Positions 26,639-40,512 of a stretch of 64,000 nucleotides of DNA are shown in pieces; the stretch's first letter is position 1; each line of letters begins with the position of its first letter. Location: the NCBI GenBank assembly GCA_965235115.1, contig OZ249436.1, forward strand, positions 6,820,001 to 6,884,000, read 5' to 3'. Origin of the DNA: Laetmonice hystrix. Taxonomy: Eukaryota. The translations under genes were made by a program, and so were the position numbers. The notes under the pieces were generated by a model. It was not told the origin of the DNA, ran no database searches, and saw nothing but the letters and a program-made list of their open reading frames with translations.

Positions 26639-28704
26639 GCAAGTCTCTATAAAACCTCCTTGGTTTACTTACCTAAACTTTACACATCAAACATTCATTA
26701 TATATCGACTAAAAAACAATTTCTAACCCCCTTGATACACACTTTATCATTTATAATATAATAGGGACGTTACCTGCCAACCAACCAACTCTAGGTTGTC
26801 CAATTCAGATGGGAATCCAAATATACGAGTACACATGCATGTTTTCATAATAAACAATTTTTTTAACTTCTATTTCGGTGGCGTAACACTCTTTCCAGTC
26901 TACTGTGTTTTATTGCTCCTCCAGGGCCTATTAATATCAAATATATACCGTGTATTCACTATCGCGTTCAAAATAATTTGCATTCAACCAGACGCCCTAC
27001 ATGAAATACATACATATCATGGCACCCTACAGGGGAATTCACAAGATGGTACGACCTGTATCGTTTTATCCAATTAAACCTCCTACTTAATATATACCTG
27101 CTCCAGTGCCTCCGTATAGTTACACGTCTTAAACCCGCCGTCCTCAGGGACACCTTTGCTCCCCTGAAATACGGACATGTCTGATGCACTTCTGCCTGCC
27201 TTGTTTCTTTTTTTTAACAGTCAACTTGGCTGTGCAGCTGTCAGAAACAACCTAACCTTTGCAACATTTGTGGTTAAGGTGAGATTGTTAAAGACGCCAG
27301 ACAAAATATTCTTGAACTCCAGAGGGACCGACTGCGGTTAGGCGTCAATGATGGGGCTCCGTCTCAACATTGACTTTGCAGCCGTCTGCCCACAGTCGAC
27401 GTGACTCATTTGAATGAGCTGTTTAGCCACTCTGACTGTGCACAGCAGAGATTGCATCACTTGTTTAGAGTAGGCACACTGGTGAATCTGACAGGGGTAA
27501 TCTTATCGTAATGATAGTGAAGGAATCTAAATTCTCTATCTTTACCGTCGTAACCAGTCTATGCCTGAAACATCAATGTCAAAGTTAAGTCGATTTCATT
27601 GGGAAAAAACTGTAGGCGTGAACTCAATATTGTTAAATTACCTTAATAAAATACCTGCATGGAGATATCATGTGAAATAACTGCGACTGAAACTATTTGA
27701 TAATTCCTCATCCATAAAAAGAGAAAACGCCTCCATTTGTCATAATCTGTGTCCTCTTATATAATTAATTTGAGATGATTTTGGTCAACTTATATGGTAC
27801 AGACAATCGAGAACAAAACAAGATTTGCATGAGAAGAGAACTTCGCCGCCGTTATGGACAAACGATGGAGTGGCATCTTTACGGAACTGCCACTTGCTGC
27901 CAGATTTCCTTGTGTGCTCAGAGCTGACTTCTTTCTGACCTACCTCTGGGTTTCCCTCTCTAAAGACGACGCAACGCTCGGGAGTAATTACCCGACGATG
28001 GGCACATTACCCTAGCAATAGATCTTGTCGAGGCTCCTTTTCATGATAACGTCTCTGCAAATATTAGCTGGCTGCCAGAATGCGAGGGCTCGTAACCCCC
28101 ATCGACCGTTCATCCATAAATAGTGACCGCTCTCCATTTCCTTCCTTTTTCTCCCAGTTAATTTTCAAAATCCGGCAGAAATACCGCCTTTTCATTGCTA
28201 AATACCCGCAAATCCCATGATGTCTTTTGGTTGGGGGAGCTCAATTGAGAAGAGTCTTTTGTGGATTACTGCTCCAAATCAATCATGTGGTAATCACGAC
28301 TCGGCACGACTCGACGTGACTCGGTCCAAGCTAATCACGTGGCAGTCAGGCAGAGTCTGCGCGCGCACTTAGATTGCCTACTGAGTCCTTTGCTCACTCA
28401 ATCTGGTATCAAGACACCAATTAAAATTCAGTTGAAGCCTTCAATATTTGGTTTAACCCCTAAAGCCATTATTCGTGGCCGCCACCCTTATTCTAGCATG
28501 TTGAGCCACAAACACCATGACTCAGAAGAACACCTCGGTCAGATTAAACACACAGGCTTACAATATTTTATATCCAAGCTTGATTTGTCACTGATAAACG
28601 TAGACAATATAATTTTACGTTGTTAATCATTCTGCATGCTTTGATCGAGTGTCTCCTCCCCCCGCCGTACCAAAATTCCTAGAAAATTCCTCATCACTTG
28701 CTTA

Positions 28705-29517
28705 TTCTGCATACCCTACCCTAGTCTTTGAGTTATCTCAAACTGTTAATTCTGCATACCCTACCCTAGTCTTTGAGTTATCTCAAACTGTTAATTCTGC
28801 ATACCCTACCCTAGTCTTTGAGTTATCTCAAACTGTTAATTCTGCATACCCTACCCTAGTCTTTGAGTTATCTCAAACTGTTAATTCTGCATACCCTACC
28901 CTAGTCTTTGAGTTATCTCAAACTGTTAATTCTGCATACCCTACCCTAGTCTTTGAGTTATCTCAAACTGTTAATTCTGCATACCCTACCCTAGTCTTTG
29001 AGTTATCTCAAACTGTTAATTCTGCATACCCTACCCTAGTCTTTGAGTTATCTCAAACTGTTAATTCTGCATACCCTACCCTAGTCTTTGAGTTATCTCA
29101 AACTGTTAATTCTGCATACCCTACCCTAGTCTTTGAGTTATCTCAAACTGTTAATTCTGCATACCCTACCCTAGTCTTTGAGTTATCTCAAACTGTTAAT
29201 TCTGCATACCCTACCCTAGTCTTTGAGTTATCTCAAACTGTTAATTCTGCATACCCTACCCTAGTCTTTGAGTTATCTCAAACTGTTAATTCTGCATACC
29301 CTTCCCTAGTCTTTGAGTTATCTCAAACTGTTAATTCTGCATACCCTACCCTAGTCTTTGAGTTATCTCAAACTGTTAATTCTGCATACCCTACCCTAGT
29401 CTTTGAGTTATCTCAAACTGTTAATTCTGCATACCCTACCCTAGTCTTTGAGTTATCTCAAACTGTTAATTCTGCGTACCCTACCCTAGTCTTTCAGTTA
29501 TCTCAAACTGTTAATTC
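28705..29517. repeat. Minisatellite, 45 bp x18, almost invariant
   Basis: Unit TTCTGCATACCCTACCCTAGTCTTTGAGTTATCTCAAACTGTTAA; I see only 3 substitutions, all in the last third. Confidence 0.98.
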
Positions 29518-29993
29518 CACTTGACGCTAACCGTTCTGCAACTGCCTCTAAGGCAAAAACAAAAAAACATGTCCATAAAGAGCTCTCAAAATGTTGTTAC
29601 CGGTTAGTTTCCGTGTTCAAACAAACATTGCCTTCGCCACAACGTAGCTCTGACTCTGATGTCAGCTGGTTACCCAAATACCCAGTTGTGAAACGGAGGC
29701 CTGCAGGTCCGGACAGTGGTTTGTTTTCCTAAAGTGTCTCCGTTACCAGTGGTGGGATGTATGTTTTCATACAGCGGTCGCCTCGTGTGAGTTCAGAGCA
29801 GTGGTGGGCTGAGTTTCCTATCTCAGTTTCTACCAGTGTAACACTTTGTAGAAACTCAGTGATGATAGATGATGATAATACGAGGTTTTAATGAATCTAC
29901 ACACAGCACTCTAGCACTTACCAGCTGCTAATAATATACTGCTACACTCTTTGTTGTCCCAGTGCTAATAGAGTTCTTTACACAAAACCTCGC

Positions 29994-31116
29994 TCTGACC
30001 CAGTGCTAATACAACCCTACATACAACATCCCTTCTCTGACCCAGTGCTAATACAACCCTACATACAACATCCTCTCTCTCTGACTCAGTGCTAATACAA
30101 CCCTACATACAACATCCTCTCTCTCTGACCCAGTGCTAATACAACCCTACATACAACATCGTCTCTCTGACCCAGTGCTAATACAACCCTACATACAACA
30201 TCCTCTCTCTGACCCAGTGCTAATACAACCATACATACAACATCCCTTCTCTGACCCAGTGCTAATACAACCCTACATACAACATCCTCTCCCTGACCCA
30301 GTGCTAATACAACCCTACATGTAACATCCCCTCGCTCTGACCCAGTGCTAATACAACCCTACATACAACATCCTCTCTCTCTCTGACCCAGTGCTAATAC
30401 AACCCTACATACAACATCCTCTCCCTGACCCAGTGCTAATACAACCCTACATACAACATCCTCTCCCTGACCCAGTGCTAATACAACCCTACATACAACA
30501 TCCCTTCCCTGACCCAGTGCTAATACAACCCTACATACAACATCGTCTCTCTGACCCAGTGCTAATACAACCCTACATACAACATCCCCTCTCTCTCTGA
30601 CCCAGTGCTAATACAACCCTACATACAACATCCCTTCTCTGACCCAGTGCTAATACAACCCTACATACAACATCCCCTCTCTCTGACCCAGTGCTAATAC
30701 AACCATACATACAACATCCCCTCTCTGACCCAGTGCTAATACAACCCTGCATACAACATCCCCTCTCTGGCCCAGTGCTAATACAACCATACATACAACA
30801 TCCTCTCTCTGACCCAGTGCTAATACAACCCTACATACAACATCCTCTCTCTGACCCAGTGCTAATACAACCCTACATACAACATCCTCTCTCTCTCTGA
30901 CCCAGTGCTAATACAACCCTACATACAACATCCCTTCTCTGACCCAGTGCTAATACAACCCTACATACAACATCCCCTCTCTCTGACCCAGTGCTAATAC
31001 AACCATACATACAACATCCCCTCTCTGACCCAGTGCTAATACAACCCTGCATACAACATCCCCTCTCTGGCCCAGTGCTAATACAACCCTGCATACAACA
31101 TCCCCTCTCTGGCCCA
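29994..31116. repeat. Minisatellite, about 42 bp unit with variable (CT)n, about 26 copies
   Basis: Unit GACCCAGTGCTAATACAACCCTACATACAACATCCTCTCTCT; a degenerate precursor unit lies near 29958. Confidence 0.97.
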
Positions 31117-34100
31117 GGCCAGCATATAACATAGGCCTACTCTGACTTAGTCGATGTTTGACAACCCGTACGTCCTCGATCCTAATGAAGGCCTAACCTG
31201 GCTGGGCGTACCGGAGTAAAGCTGTTATTTCCTAGCGTCATAATTTGGTGTTCCCCTTCCAAGAGAGTTCTTTTTGTTAAGATAGAATGGCAATGATTTA
31301 CCTATGATTATAGCCCCTCTTTGAGGTTGTTGCGACAAATTGGATAGCAAATCGGGAATCACCCCAACAGTGATAGCATTTACCGGACAAGGAGAAGAGA
31401 AGTCGTGTACGAAGTTCGCCGTCCGGGGGAGGAGAATCATACCGATCATGGGCTGCAATCTCTGGGGACCTGAGGTCAGCCAAGGAACCATTACGATGAC
31501 CTTCCCGATCACAGACGTTCTGTCTCATAGTGCCCCAGACCTGGAGATGACCAATCCGGGCAGACATCACCGACATGTTATTCTCGGAGGACATAAGGAC
31601 TCGGGCGGCGAATCCCATCTCGTCCACAAGTCACGCTGCGTTTTCATGACCTCTGACCTAGGGCCGGTTCAGTTTGGGGGCCATTATTGGAGCAAAGGTC
31701 GATCTTTTGACGCCTTCCAATGGGCCATTCCGACGCACGAGTCATCATCATTCTCAAACTGAAGTCTGGTTGCGTCCGGTCTAATGGTCGTCTGCCCAAA
31801 TCCCAGACCGATAACGTAACCCGTAAACACGCCCCGTCATAGATCCTGCATTCCATTCACAAATCTTTTACAAATCATGGAATTTGGTTGCTCTATTTGC
31901 AAACCATGCGGTCACAGAACATGTTGAAGGCGGAGTTACACGAAACAGTTCATCCGGGAAACATTTTCCTGAGAACAGCAAGTTTATAGAAGTAGTCCAG
32001 TATTGATTTATCTTCATATAACTACACATAAATTCTCAGACCCGTTTCGATCTGAAATAAGTAATTGATTCTCAACTTTTACTTAAACAAAACACCATAT
32101 CTCTTCCTCTACATATCTCTGTTCAACAAAATGATTGACTACAGAGTGGATGGCACTTGTTGCAACGATTTGGTTTTTATTTCTCACGCAACAGGCGTGT
32201 TAGGGCGAACAACCTTCTGTGGTAAAATATGCAAATTACCTTCTATAGTTTCATCAGCATTCCGGTGCTGCAAGCACACAGACAGAGGTGCAGATGATGT
32301 CTTATTAATTGATTGAATTAACCTTAATTGATGCTTAAGTACGCAGCCAAATGGGAATTATGAAGTCGGCTAAGAGTTCGGGGAATTCACCGAGTGGAAG
32401 CCAATGTCCTTGTTTCCATGGATACAATATCTAATATGATAAAGCCTGTTCGTCCGCACCTGTGGAGTTGTAATGATCACGGGTATGTTGAAGTGAAGAA
32501 AGATATTCTTTTATCATGCAGCAGAAAGGAAAACATTGGCGGGGAAGAGTGTTTTAATTGAACTCTTCATGTCAAGGGATCCCCTCTTATTGTCACCCGA
32601 GGACAATTACATAAAGGTGTCTCCACAATGTACCCGTCTATTTTTGTCATCCTACCACGTTCAGCAACCAGCGGGGTCTGATGAAAGCTAATGTATCAAA
32701 TACAGGCAAGGTGGGTCACATGGCATGACATGTTAATAGAGAAGTCATCTATACTAGACGTTTAACACGTCATTTTGAGCCCAATGTCGTTCTTCTAAAC
32801 GAATTCTGGCAAATATGCAGTTTACTTTCTTTTACCACGTCCAGAAGGGTAAGAGTGACTTTATTAAGAAACTTGAAATTCCGGATTTCCTTTAATTACG
32901 TTTTAATTTTTACATTCTAGAATTTACTTCTTCGAACCCCCTCTCACGCATTAATTTATCAAACTGACTATGACATAATTGATGCGCAACATGAGACTGG
33001 CTGGTGGTTCCAGTGCTCGGTGGTGTCATGTTGAGAGACCTGGCGGCCATATTATCCCCTAGTGATATATTTCACCTCTGTCGACAACCTTCTTGTCTTT
33101 CTGTGTTCGCACTAAATTCTCCTGGTATCAACCCGACCATGAAATTTTCAACAAACGTATGTACATAGAAAACTGACACAACAACTCGGAGAGATATTCA
33201 ATGGTGGGACCAGAGTCTACCGTCAATAGTTTTCACTTCACAGCCATCGATTTATAATCTACCATTTGCCGTTGGGAAAACAGGTGGGGAGGATTCTGGT
33301 TACCTGAGTAATCAGGAGTGGGTGGTTATAGAAACGGCTCATGTTCGGTCACCTTGTGTCGCACTTAATTACGATGTTCTTCTTTTTCTGTCGGTTCGAA
33401 GGAAACCCTCCGAATGCCAGTTGGAAATATTACACCCCTTTGGAAATCTCAAAAAGTTTGGTGTTCGGTATTCCGGTATTCTACTTCTAGCATACAGTTA
33501 GGCTGGCGTTTTGATTGGTCTCTGAACGTTAGGGTGCATCAACCATGCACTCTCTCATCAGCCTTGTGTGATCAGATCAGGCCTCACACCTTCTGGAAAC
33601 GGAAGCTACGTTTTCTTACTGAATCATTTTCTTAAACTTGGAAACCATAGAGGATGACACTACGCCAGATACACACAAAATACCAAAAAAAGGGTCTGAT
33701 ACTAATTTAACTCCATAGCTGGGAAATGTGTGTCGACTATCTTCAAAACATTGAACCAACCATGCGCTTTAGGTCAATTGTCACTGATCCGAATTGATGA
33801 TCAAAAGACAATTTCACCTGTGTGTAATTAAAAGGCATCCCAGTGAGCAGTCTTCGAGCCATCAACCTTCAAAGACGTTGAAGAATTTTGACCCACAACA
33901 TGATACCGTCTGTACTGTGTGCTGCCCAGTACGCATCCTTTGATCTACCTTGGGTTTGGCACAACCTGATAAACCAAGAAGAAAACGCAACCAGTCCCAC
34001 AGAGCTGCAATTCTCATCCCAAATTGAAGTTTCCACCCCACACTACCGACACGACGGGATACGAGGATATAAATCCTTCATACCTGTAACCTAGACGAAC

Positions 34101-36442
34101 ATGTCAAAGTGTATCCCTGTTAACACTCACCTTGACGTTCGTACACCTTGCTATACGTTCACACCTAACACCTCCACACAGAATACCTATTGTCTGATCG
34201 TACCTTTCTCTGCATCTCTGAGCTGTCGTATCAAATACTTCACCCTGTTCACCCAGCATGTCCCACCGAGTCTCCCCGGCCTGACGACGTGTAAATGGCC
34301 CCCGCAGACTTTCCGTCTGGCTTCAACTGAAATCTTAGCATAACAAACACACATAAACGCCGACCGCCACTCTTTGAGAAAACTCATCAGACTGCAAGAA
34401 GCATATCATCAGGCGCAGCTAATATATGAATGCTTTTATACAGCTCTTGGCAATGGTAATTCAGCCACTTAGCTATTTCTTCTCGGACGGCTGCGTGCCT
34501 TTAATTCCAAGGCCAGGCAACACTAGAAGTTATGCGTACACCATACCATAGAGAACATATATTCCAATGAGTCAACGTTTCTGACAAAACCTCGAGTATT
34601 GTGGCAACACGTGCAAGTCATATGTAAACCAACAAGAAAAAGGCGATTGTTTAAATGTATGTTACAAGTATTGTAGTGCCCTAAAAAGATTAAAAAAGAG
34701 AAAAGTACAGTGGTTTCCATGTATCATCATAACATGGCCTCGTACAAATCTAGCTTCATGTCAGAACGCTGAAATATCTGCCTGATGTTGGGATTAGAGG
34801 TTTCAGATGTGTAATCACCGTAGCTTTCAGGAGAACGAGATTAACAAGGATATTAGAGACATGCGGGTTTGGAATGACCGTAAAGTCGCTTTGTCCGGCG
34901 GGGTTGGGAGGACCCTGGGATTGCCTGTCTCGTGCCGTGTGGGGGCGACCACAACATGGCGAATCCTGGGTCACATTCACAGCCTGTTGTCGCCAGTTAA
35001 ACCTTCATTCACTGTGCTCGTCCATCTGGAAACCTGAGGGACGACTAGAAATGGTGGATCCTGAATAGATTCATCAGCTTAATGTTTGTATGAATGCGTT
35101 CTCAGCCAAAAATATAGACGCACTTTGGGGATTACAACTTCAAAGAATGGTCGGTGGATGTGCAACTCATGTACTCAAATCCTGAAATTATCAAAGGCTA
35201 ATCTCCCTGGGTCCTGATTTATACAGAAAAGTTTGACTTTTGTTATTAAGATTTTCTAAAAGATAATCCAAACCGACATTCCAATACTACAGTATTTATT
35301 TACAATACTTTGAATAACAGCGACAATCTATGGTCTTGCTTCATTTTTTCCGTGGCCCGTACCGTTTAATCATTCCTATACCATATAACAGTAGACGCCA
35401 TTATGCCGAAAATAACCATGTGATGAATACAATAAAAAATGAGAGAAGGCAGTGAAAGAGGATCGTAGTATGTACTTGTTGACCCCATGTATGAGATAAA
35501 ATCACATATTTGCAACAATTCCGCAAGTCTTTGCACGTTTTAGGCCCTCCTGCTGCCGAGAATGGCAGGCGAACAATAACAGCCAAACCAGACCTCCATA
35601 CGACGCCAAGCGCGCCCGGAGAAGACTCTGAGACAATAGCCTTTGTGTAAACTTTTGTCTCCTGTGGTCCGTGGTTTGATCCTAAAAGCACCTCTGCGCC
35701 TTCGGAACCCCATGTCTCACTTGGGAATTCTTAAAGCTGGGAACAGGGCTGATGTGCATTCTCTACACAAAGCTGTCTGAGCGCACTCCCCACGCTCAGA
35801 TGGCCTGCAGTCAGAGCCAATGAGTACTGCGGTCTTGATGGCACCATCCACGTAAGAGCATTACCTTGTATTATGGCCCCGTGCCATCATTACGCGCTAT
35901 TTGCCACAAATTTCTCCGGAGCTCTGGGCTCGTAAGTCTGGGCAAACAGCTCAACAGACAAATCATGTCATTGGATCAGGCATACGGGAACAATGCATGA
36001 AAGGGATGCTTTGATTGGTTCATGATATCAGGTTGACTAGGCTGGCCTGAAATAGTTCAGTCAAGTAGTGAAGTGAATGTAGTTTAATGGTTTTATAAAT
36101 TTAATAGGAATTTCGATGATTAAATGGCGACCTGTGTTAAGAGGCTTTTCCTGTCTGAAATACTTCTAACAGGATCTCCCATCACGTCATGCCGACTGTC
36201 GATATATCACTGACAACTAAATAAATCCAACATCTGTTAAATGTACTTTGAGTACAGGCAAAGGGCATCCAGTTCAAACAAAAACAACCATTTCAATACT
36301 GTACAATCATCTTAATCATTTACACGAGAGAAAAAAGAGAACCCCGAACGTTAACATGAATTCCGACGTTTAACTGGCAAGGAATCCATTTTCAAACTAC
36401 AATGTACTATTAAAAGTTGACTGTTCAGATCATAATGAGGCC

Positions 36443-36750
36443 GAGCTATGTATTTTAACTATCCACAAGACTGTTGAACAATTAATCCCCTAAACCTCCT
36501 TCTCCACTGATATAAATCAGTTTAATTGTTGCCCGGGTTTCATTGCCGGATCGAGCTATGTATTTTAACTATCTAAGAGACTGTTGAACAATTAATACCC
36601 TGAACCTCCACTGATATAAATCAGTTTAATTGTTGCCCGGGTTTCATTGCCTAATAGAGCTATGTATTTTAACTATCCACAAGACTGTTGAACAATTAAT
36701 ACCCTGAACCTCCACTGATATAAATCAGTTTAACTGTTGCCCGGGTTTCA
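36443..36750. repeat. Tandem repeat, 104-110 bp x about 3
   Basis: GAGCTATGTATTTTAACTATC... restarts at 36443, 36553 and 36657. Confidence 0.93.
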
Positions 36751-38144
36751 CTGTTGGTCAGGTTTGGCCGAGTCCAGTCTTTGTTCTCGTCATTGTAATG
36801 ATGGAAGCTGACAGTTATTATCAACAACCCTGAAAACACTGACCATCTCGTCAGGTGAGGTCGTAATTCAATCACACCGGAGGCCGTGCCGTCATAAGGA
36901 CTATCAAAATGTTCGTCTCTCTGGATCACATTATTTTGAAATCGTTCGAAATGTTTTCATATTATCATGGACACACTTTTACAAATGCACCCTGTGAAGT
37001 GAGCCTTCATTATAAATTCTGGCGACAATGATTGGGAAGCATTCTATGAATAGCCGCCCTTTTTTAAAGGAAAACACCCCATTTGACCTACATTAATTTT
37101 CATCATTACGCTACTTCAAATATTCATCTAGTTTTTTATATTTATTTTAACTAGGGCCACTCAAACATTCTAAAAGTTTGTCACAAGCCTATGGTATCTT
37201 ATTTATATGACGCTCTTTGTGTCACTTTTGTGGCTGCCTATAATTATAGGTCTTTTATCTCGTAGCTGCCATCAACGTTGTTCCTTACCTAGGCTACCAT
37301 GGTGCATATAACTGACCTGCCCGGGTCAAGGGATCACAAGTGGGCACTGTCCAGGAAAACTGACGACAGCCAAATTCCCGACACAGTGGTATTTTAACAC
37401 AGAAGATCCCAGACATTTTGGTGGCAATGGAACGTTGGCACTTCAAATCTAACAATAAAAATTCATCAACAATGTAATAAAATAATAATAAAACTCCCAA
37501 AGGGAATGTAAATAGTGTTTTCCGATCTTAATTCACGACACTGATCCAAATTGATGCTGTAAATTATTCGGAGACAGAAAGCGAGCTCTGGCATTAATGG
37601 AGACCCGGTACATAAGTCAGCCACCTGCCCCACCTGGTGGCAGAAAGGTGCGATAAGATCGGAGCGACCACTTAGTCGAGGTGATACCAATCGTTGGTGA
37701 GAGTGGTGTCTCGAACCTTACCACTCCCCGCCATCACTCACCGACAGGGGTGAGGGGTGTCCTCATCAACCCCCTCCCCCCTCACAAACAGACCAAACGG
37801 TATACGGGTTAATGGAACTAGATACTCACAGTAAGGACAGCAAGGTCACAGACCTATAGAGGGTCACCGTCACTGACATCTAAAGTCGTCAACACCTTAC
37901 ACACTAACATATCTGACGTATAGAACATAAATAAACAAAATATTTGTTGAACAAGGTTTTAAAAGATAATAATGATGATCATAATTACCCACAGCGCCAA
38001 AGATAATTTGGCTGCAGTTATAGAACACTAGAATAAGGCTCGAACTCAAGTAAAGTCACATCTCAAAACAATCACCCGACCAATACTCACATAGCCACCC
38101 ACCCTCACTCAGTCCTGCTCGACCACCAAAGCTCCTTTTTTTTA

Positions 38145-38327
38145 GGGGAGTGGCGGTGGCCGAGTGGGCATGGGTGTCGACACCTTATGCAATGCGAATG
38201 GGTGCAGTAATCTTGGGGCCGGGGTTCGATTCCTGTAGAGGACTATACAACTTTTCTCTTTAGGGACATTGTCAAAGTAATTGGGTTACCCCTGATGCCC
38301 GTGCATTTCAAAAAAAGAAAAATACAG
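38145..38327 (+). mobile_element. tRNA-derived SINE-like Pol III element, copy 1
   Basis: Box A TGGCCGAGTGG (38157-38167) and box B GGTTCGATTCC (38223-38233) match Pol III type-2 consensus; no pairing acceptor stem; A-rich end; further copies at 38481 and 62593. Confidence 0.75.
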
Positions 38328-38480
38328 TCTACGCCAGTGCCAGGATTACCTTAACAGTCAATGTTCGGTAGAAATCATGTGTAGCTCTATCTAGGAAAAC
38401 ATGGATTCCGTCTCATTTCGGAAGATGTGTGTAGGGGGAGAGTCCATTGTCCTGCTCGACCACCAAAGCTCCTTTTTTTA

Positions 38481-38663
38481 GGGGAGTGGCGGTGGCCGAG
38501 TGGGCCTGGGTGTCGACACCTTATGCTATGCGAATGGGTGCAGTAATCTTGGGGCCGGGGTTCGATTCCTGTAGAGGACTATACAACTTTTCTCTTTAGG
38601 GACATTGTCAAAGTAATTGGGTTACCCCTGATGCCCGTGCATTTCAAAAAAAGAAAAATACAG
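38481..38663 (+). mobile_element. tRNA-derived SINE-like Pol III element, copy 2 (local duplication)
   Basis: Box A 38493-38503, box B 38559-38569; differs from copy 1 by 2 substitutions and shares about 33 bp of 5' flank (38112 vs 38449). Confidence 0.75.
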
Positions 38664-39600
38664 CCAGCCACCCTCACTCACACAGCTAGCCACCCTCACT
38701 CACACAGCCAGCCACCCTCAGTCACACAGCCAGCCACCCTCACTCACACAGCCGGCCACCCTCACTCACACAGCCGGCCACCCTCACTCACACAGCCGGC
38801 CACCCTCACTCACACAGCCAGCCACCCTCACTCACACAGCCAGCCACCCTCACCCACACAGCCACCCACCCTCACTCACACAGCCAGCCACCCTCACTCA
38901 CACAGCCGGCCACCCTCACTCACACAGCCCGCCACCCTCACTCACACAGCCGGTCACCCTCACTCACACAGCCCGCCACCCTCACTCACACAGCCAGCCA
39001 CCCTCACTCACACAGCCCGCCACCCTCACCCACACAGCCGGTCACCCTCACTCACACAGCCAGCCACCCTCACCCACACAGCCACCCACCCTCACTCACA
39101 CAGCCAGCCACCCTCACTCACACAGCCGGCCACCCTCACTCACACAGCCCGCCACCCTCACTCACACAGCCAGCCACCCTCACTCACACAGCCACCCACC
39201 CTCACTCACACAGCCAGCCACCCTCACTCACACAGCCGGCCACCCTCACTCACACAGCCGGCCACCCTCACTCACACAGCCAGCCGCACTAACTCACACA
39301 GCCGGTCACCCTCACTCACACACACAGCCACCCTCACTCACACAGCCTGTCACCCTCACTCACACAGCCAGCCACCCTCACTCACACAGCCACCCACCCT
39401 CACTCACACAGCCTGTCACCCTCACTCACACAGCCAGCCACCCTCACTCACACAGCCACCCACCCTCACTCACACAGCCTGTCACCCTCACTCACACAGC
39501 CACCCACCCTCACTCACACAACCGGCCACCCTCACCCACACAGCCAGCCACCCTCACCCACACAGCCAGCCACCCTCACTCACACAGCCAGCCACCCGCC
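38663..39600. repeat. C/A-rich minisatellite, 22 bp x about 42
   Basis: Unit CACAGCCAGCCACCCTCACTCA with variants at the CCAG/CCGG/CTGT positions. Confidence 0.97.
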
Positions 39601-40512
39601 CACACACGTACTGGAAACATAAGAACATTCGAGTCGTTTTAACACAAGAACTTCACTGCAATCGCTTGTAATAAATTCTGGTTTCTAACAGCTGTTCCTT
39701 ACGAATGAAATATAAAGGTTGGTTTGTGTTTAGGGGAAAGCAAAGTACGTACCACATTAGGTGTTCTTCTCTTTCATATGCCTTCTTTATTTTTATTTTT
39801 CATTTTAAAACTGCTCCTTACACATAATATCTACCTCCTTAAACACATCAAACATATGCTTACTTTTAACCCCAAGGTTCTAGATAAGTCGTACAAATAA
39901 TATAGCCCGGGTAATTACAATGTGCCATAATAATAATAATATATCATAATGGAGCGTAACTAGGCTATAACTGTACTGATTGCCCACCGCGGCATAATGG
40001 CCGACCTACGGGGTTCACACCTGGCTGGTGCTATAGAATATGACGTATGACCTTTGAAAGTCATTCAGATTTTTGTCGAGAACAAGTAACGTTTTGGCCA
40101 TTACCTATGGCCGTCAGCTGTACAGTTTGTAGACAACCAAGCTAAAGGCTATTCATCATGTCTGCTCGGTCTTTTCTTTACGACATTGTCACCCAGTTAT
40201 TAGAATTCATAACACTGCTTCGTCTGGGAGGCCCTCTGTGCTTTCCAAGGTTTCTTTTAATATTGGATATTTAAAAAAGCCCACCCATTTTTGCCGATAT
40301 TTTTCTAAAGAAAGCATATTCATGCTATTCTTTTCCTTGTTGTTTATCTAGTCATTTACTTCGTTCTTTTCAAGATAAAGTAATACCTGTACATAAATTG
40401 CGTTTTTAGACTCACTAAATGTGTTGCTCTCACTGCAGCCTTTTTTCTGATTTCTCATTTCCCTGTCAAATGGTCAATGACTGTTAGCTATATTGAAAAC
40501 CTTTTGAGGCAA

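Noticed and set aside
28649-29524. 291-aa ORF of (SAYPTLVFELSQTVN)n
   Set aside because: The ORF coincides with the 45-bp array, has almost no unique sequence, and two of three variants are non-synonymous.
31337-31384. Minus-strand GKCYHCWGDSRFAIQF as a gag CCHC knuckle
   Set aside because: Spacing fits, but two of four zinc ligands are substituted and no other gag or pol motif is nearby.
38145-38245. Functional tRNA gene
   Set aside because: Boxes A and B are present but the acceptor stem does not pair and the T-stem is incomplete.
38631-39671. 346-aa His/Thr/Pro-rich ORF; similarly the ORFs at 18857-19961, 41930-42589 and 61168-62263
   Set aside because: All are products of stop-free repeat units; the 22- and 23-bp units cycle through all three frames.
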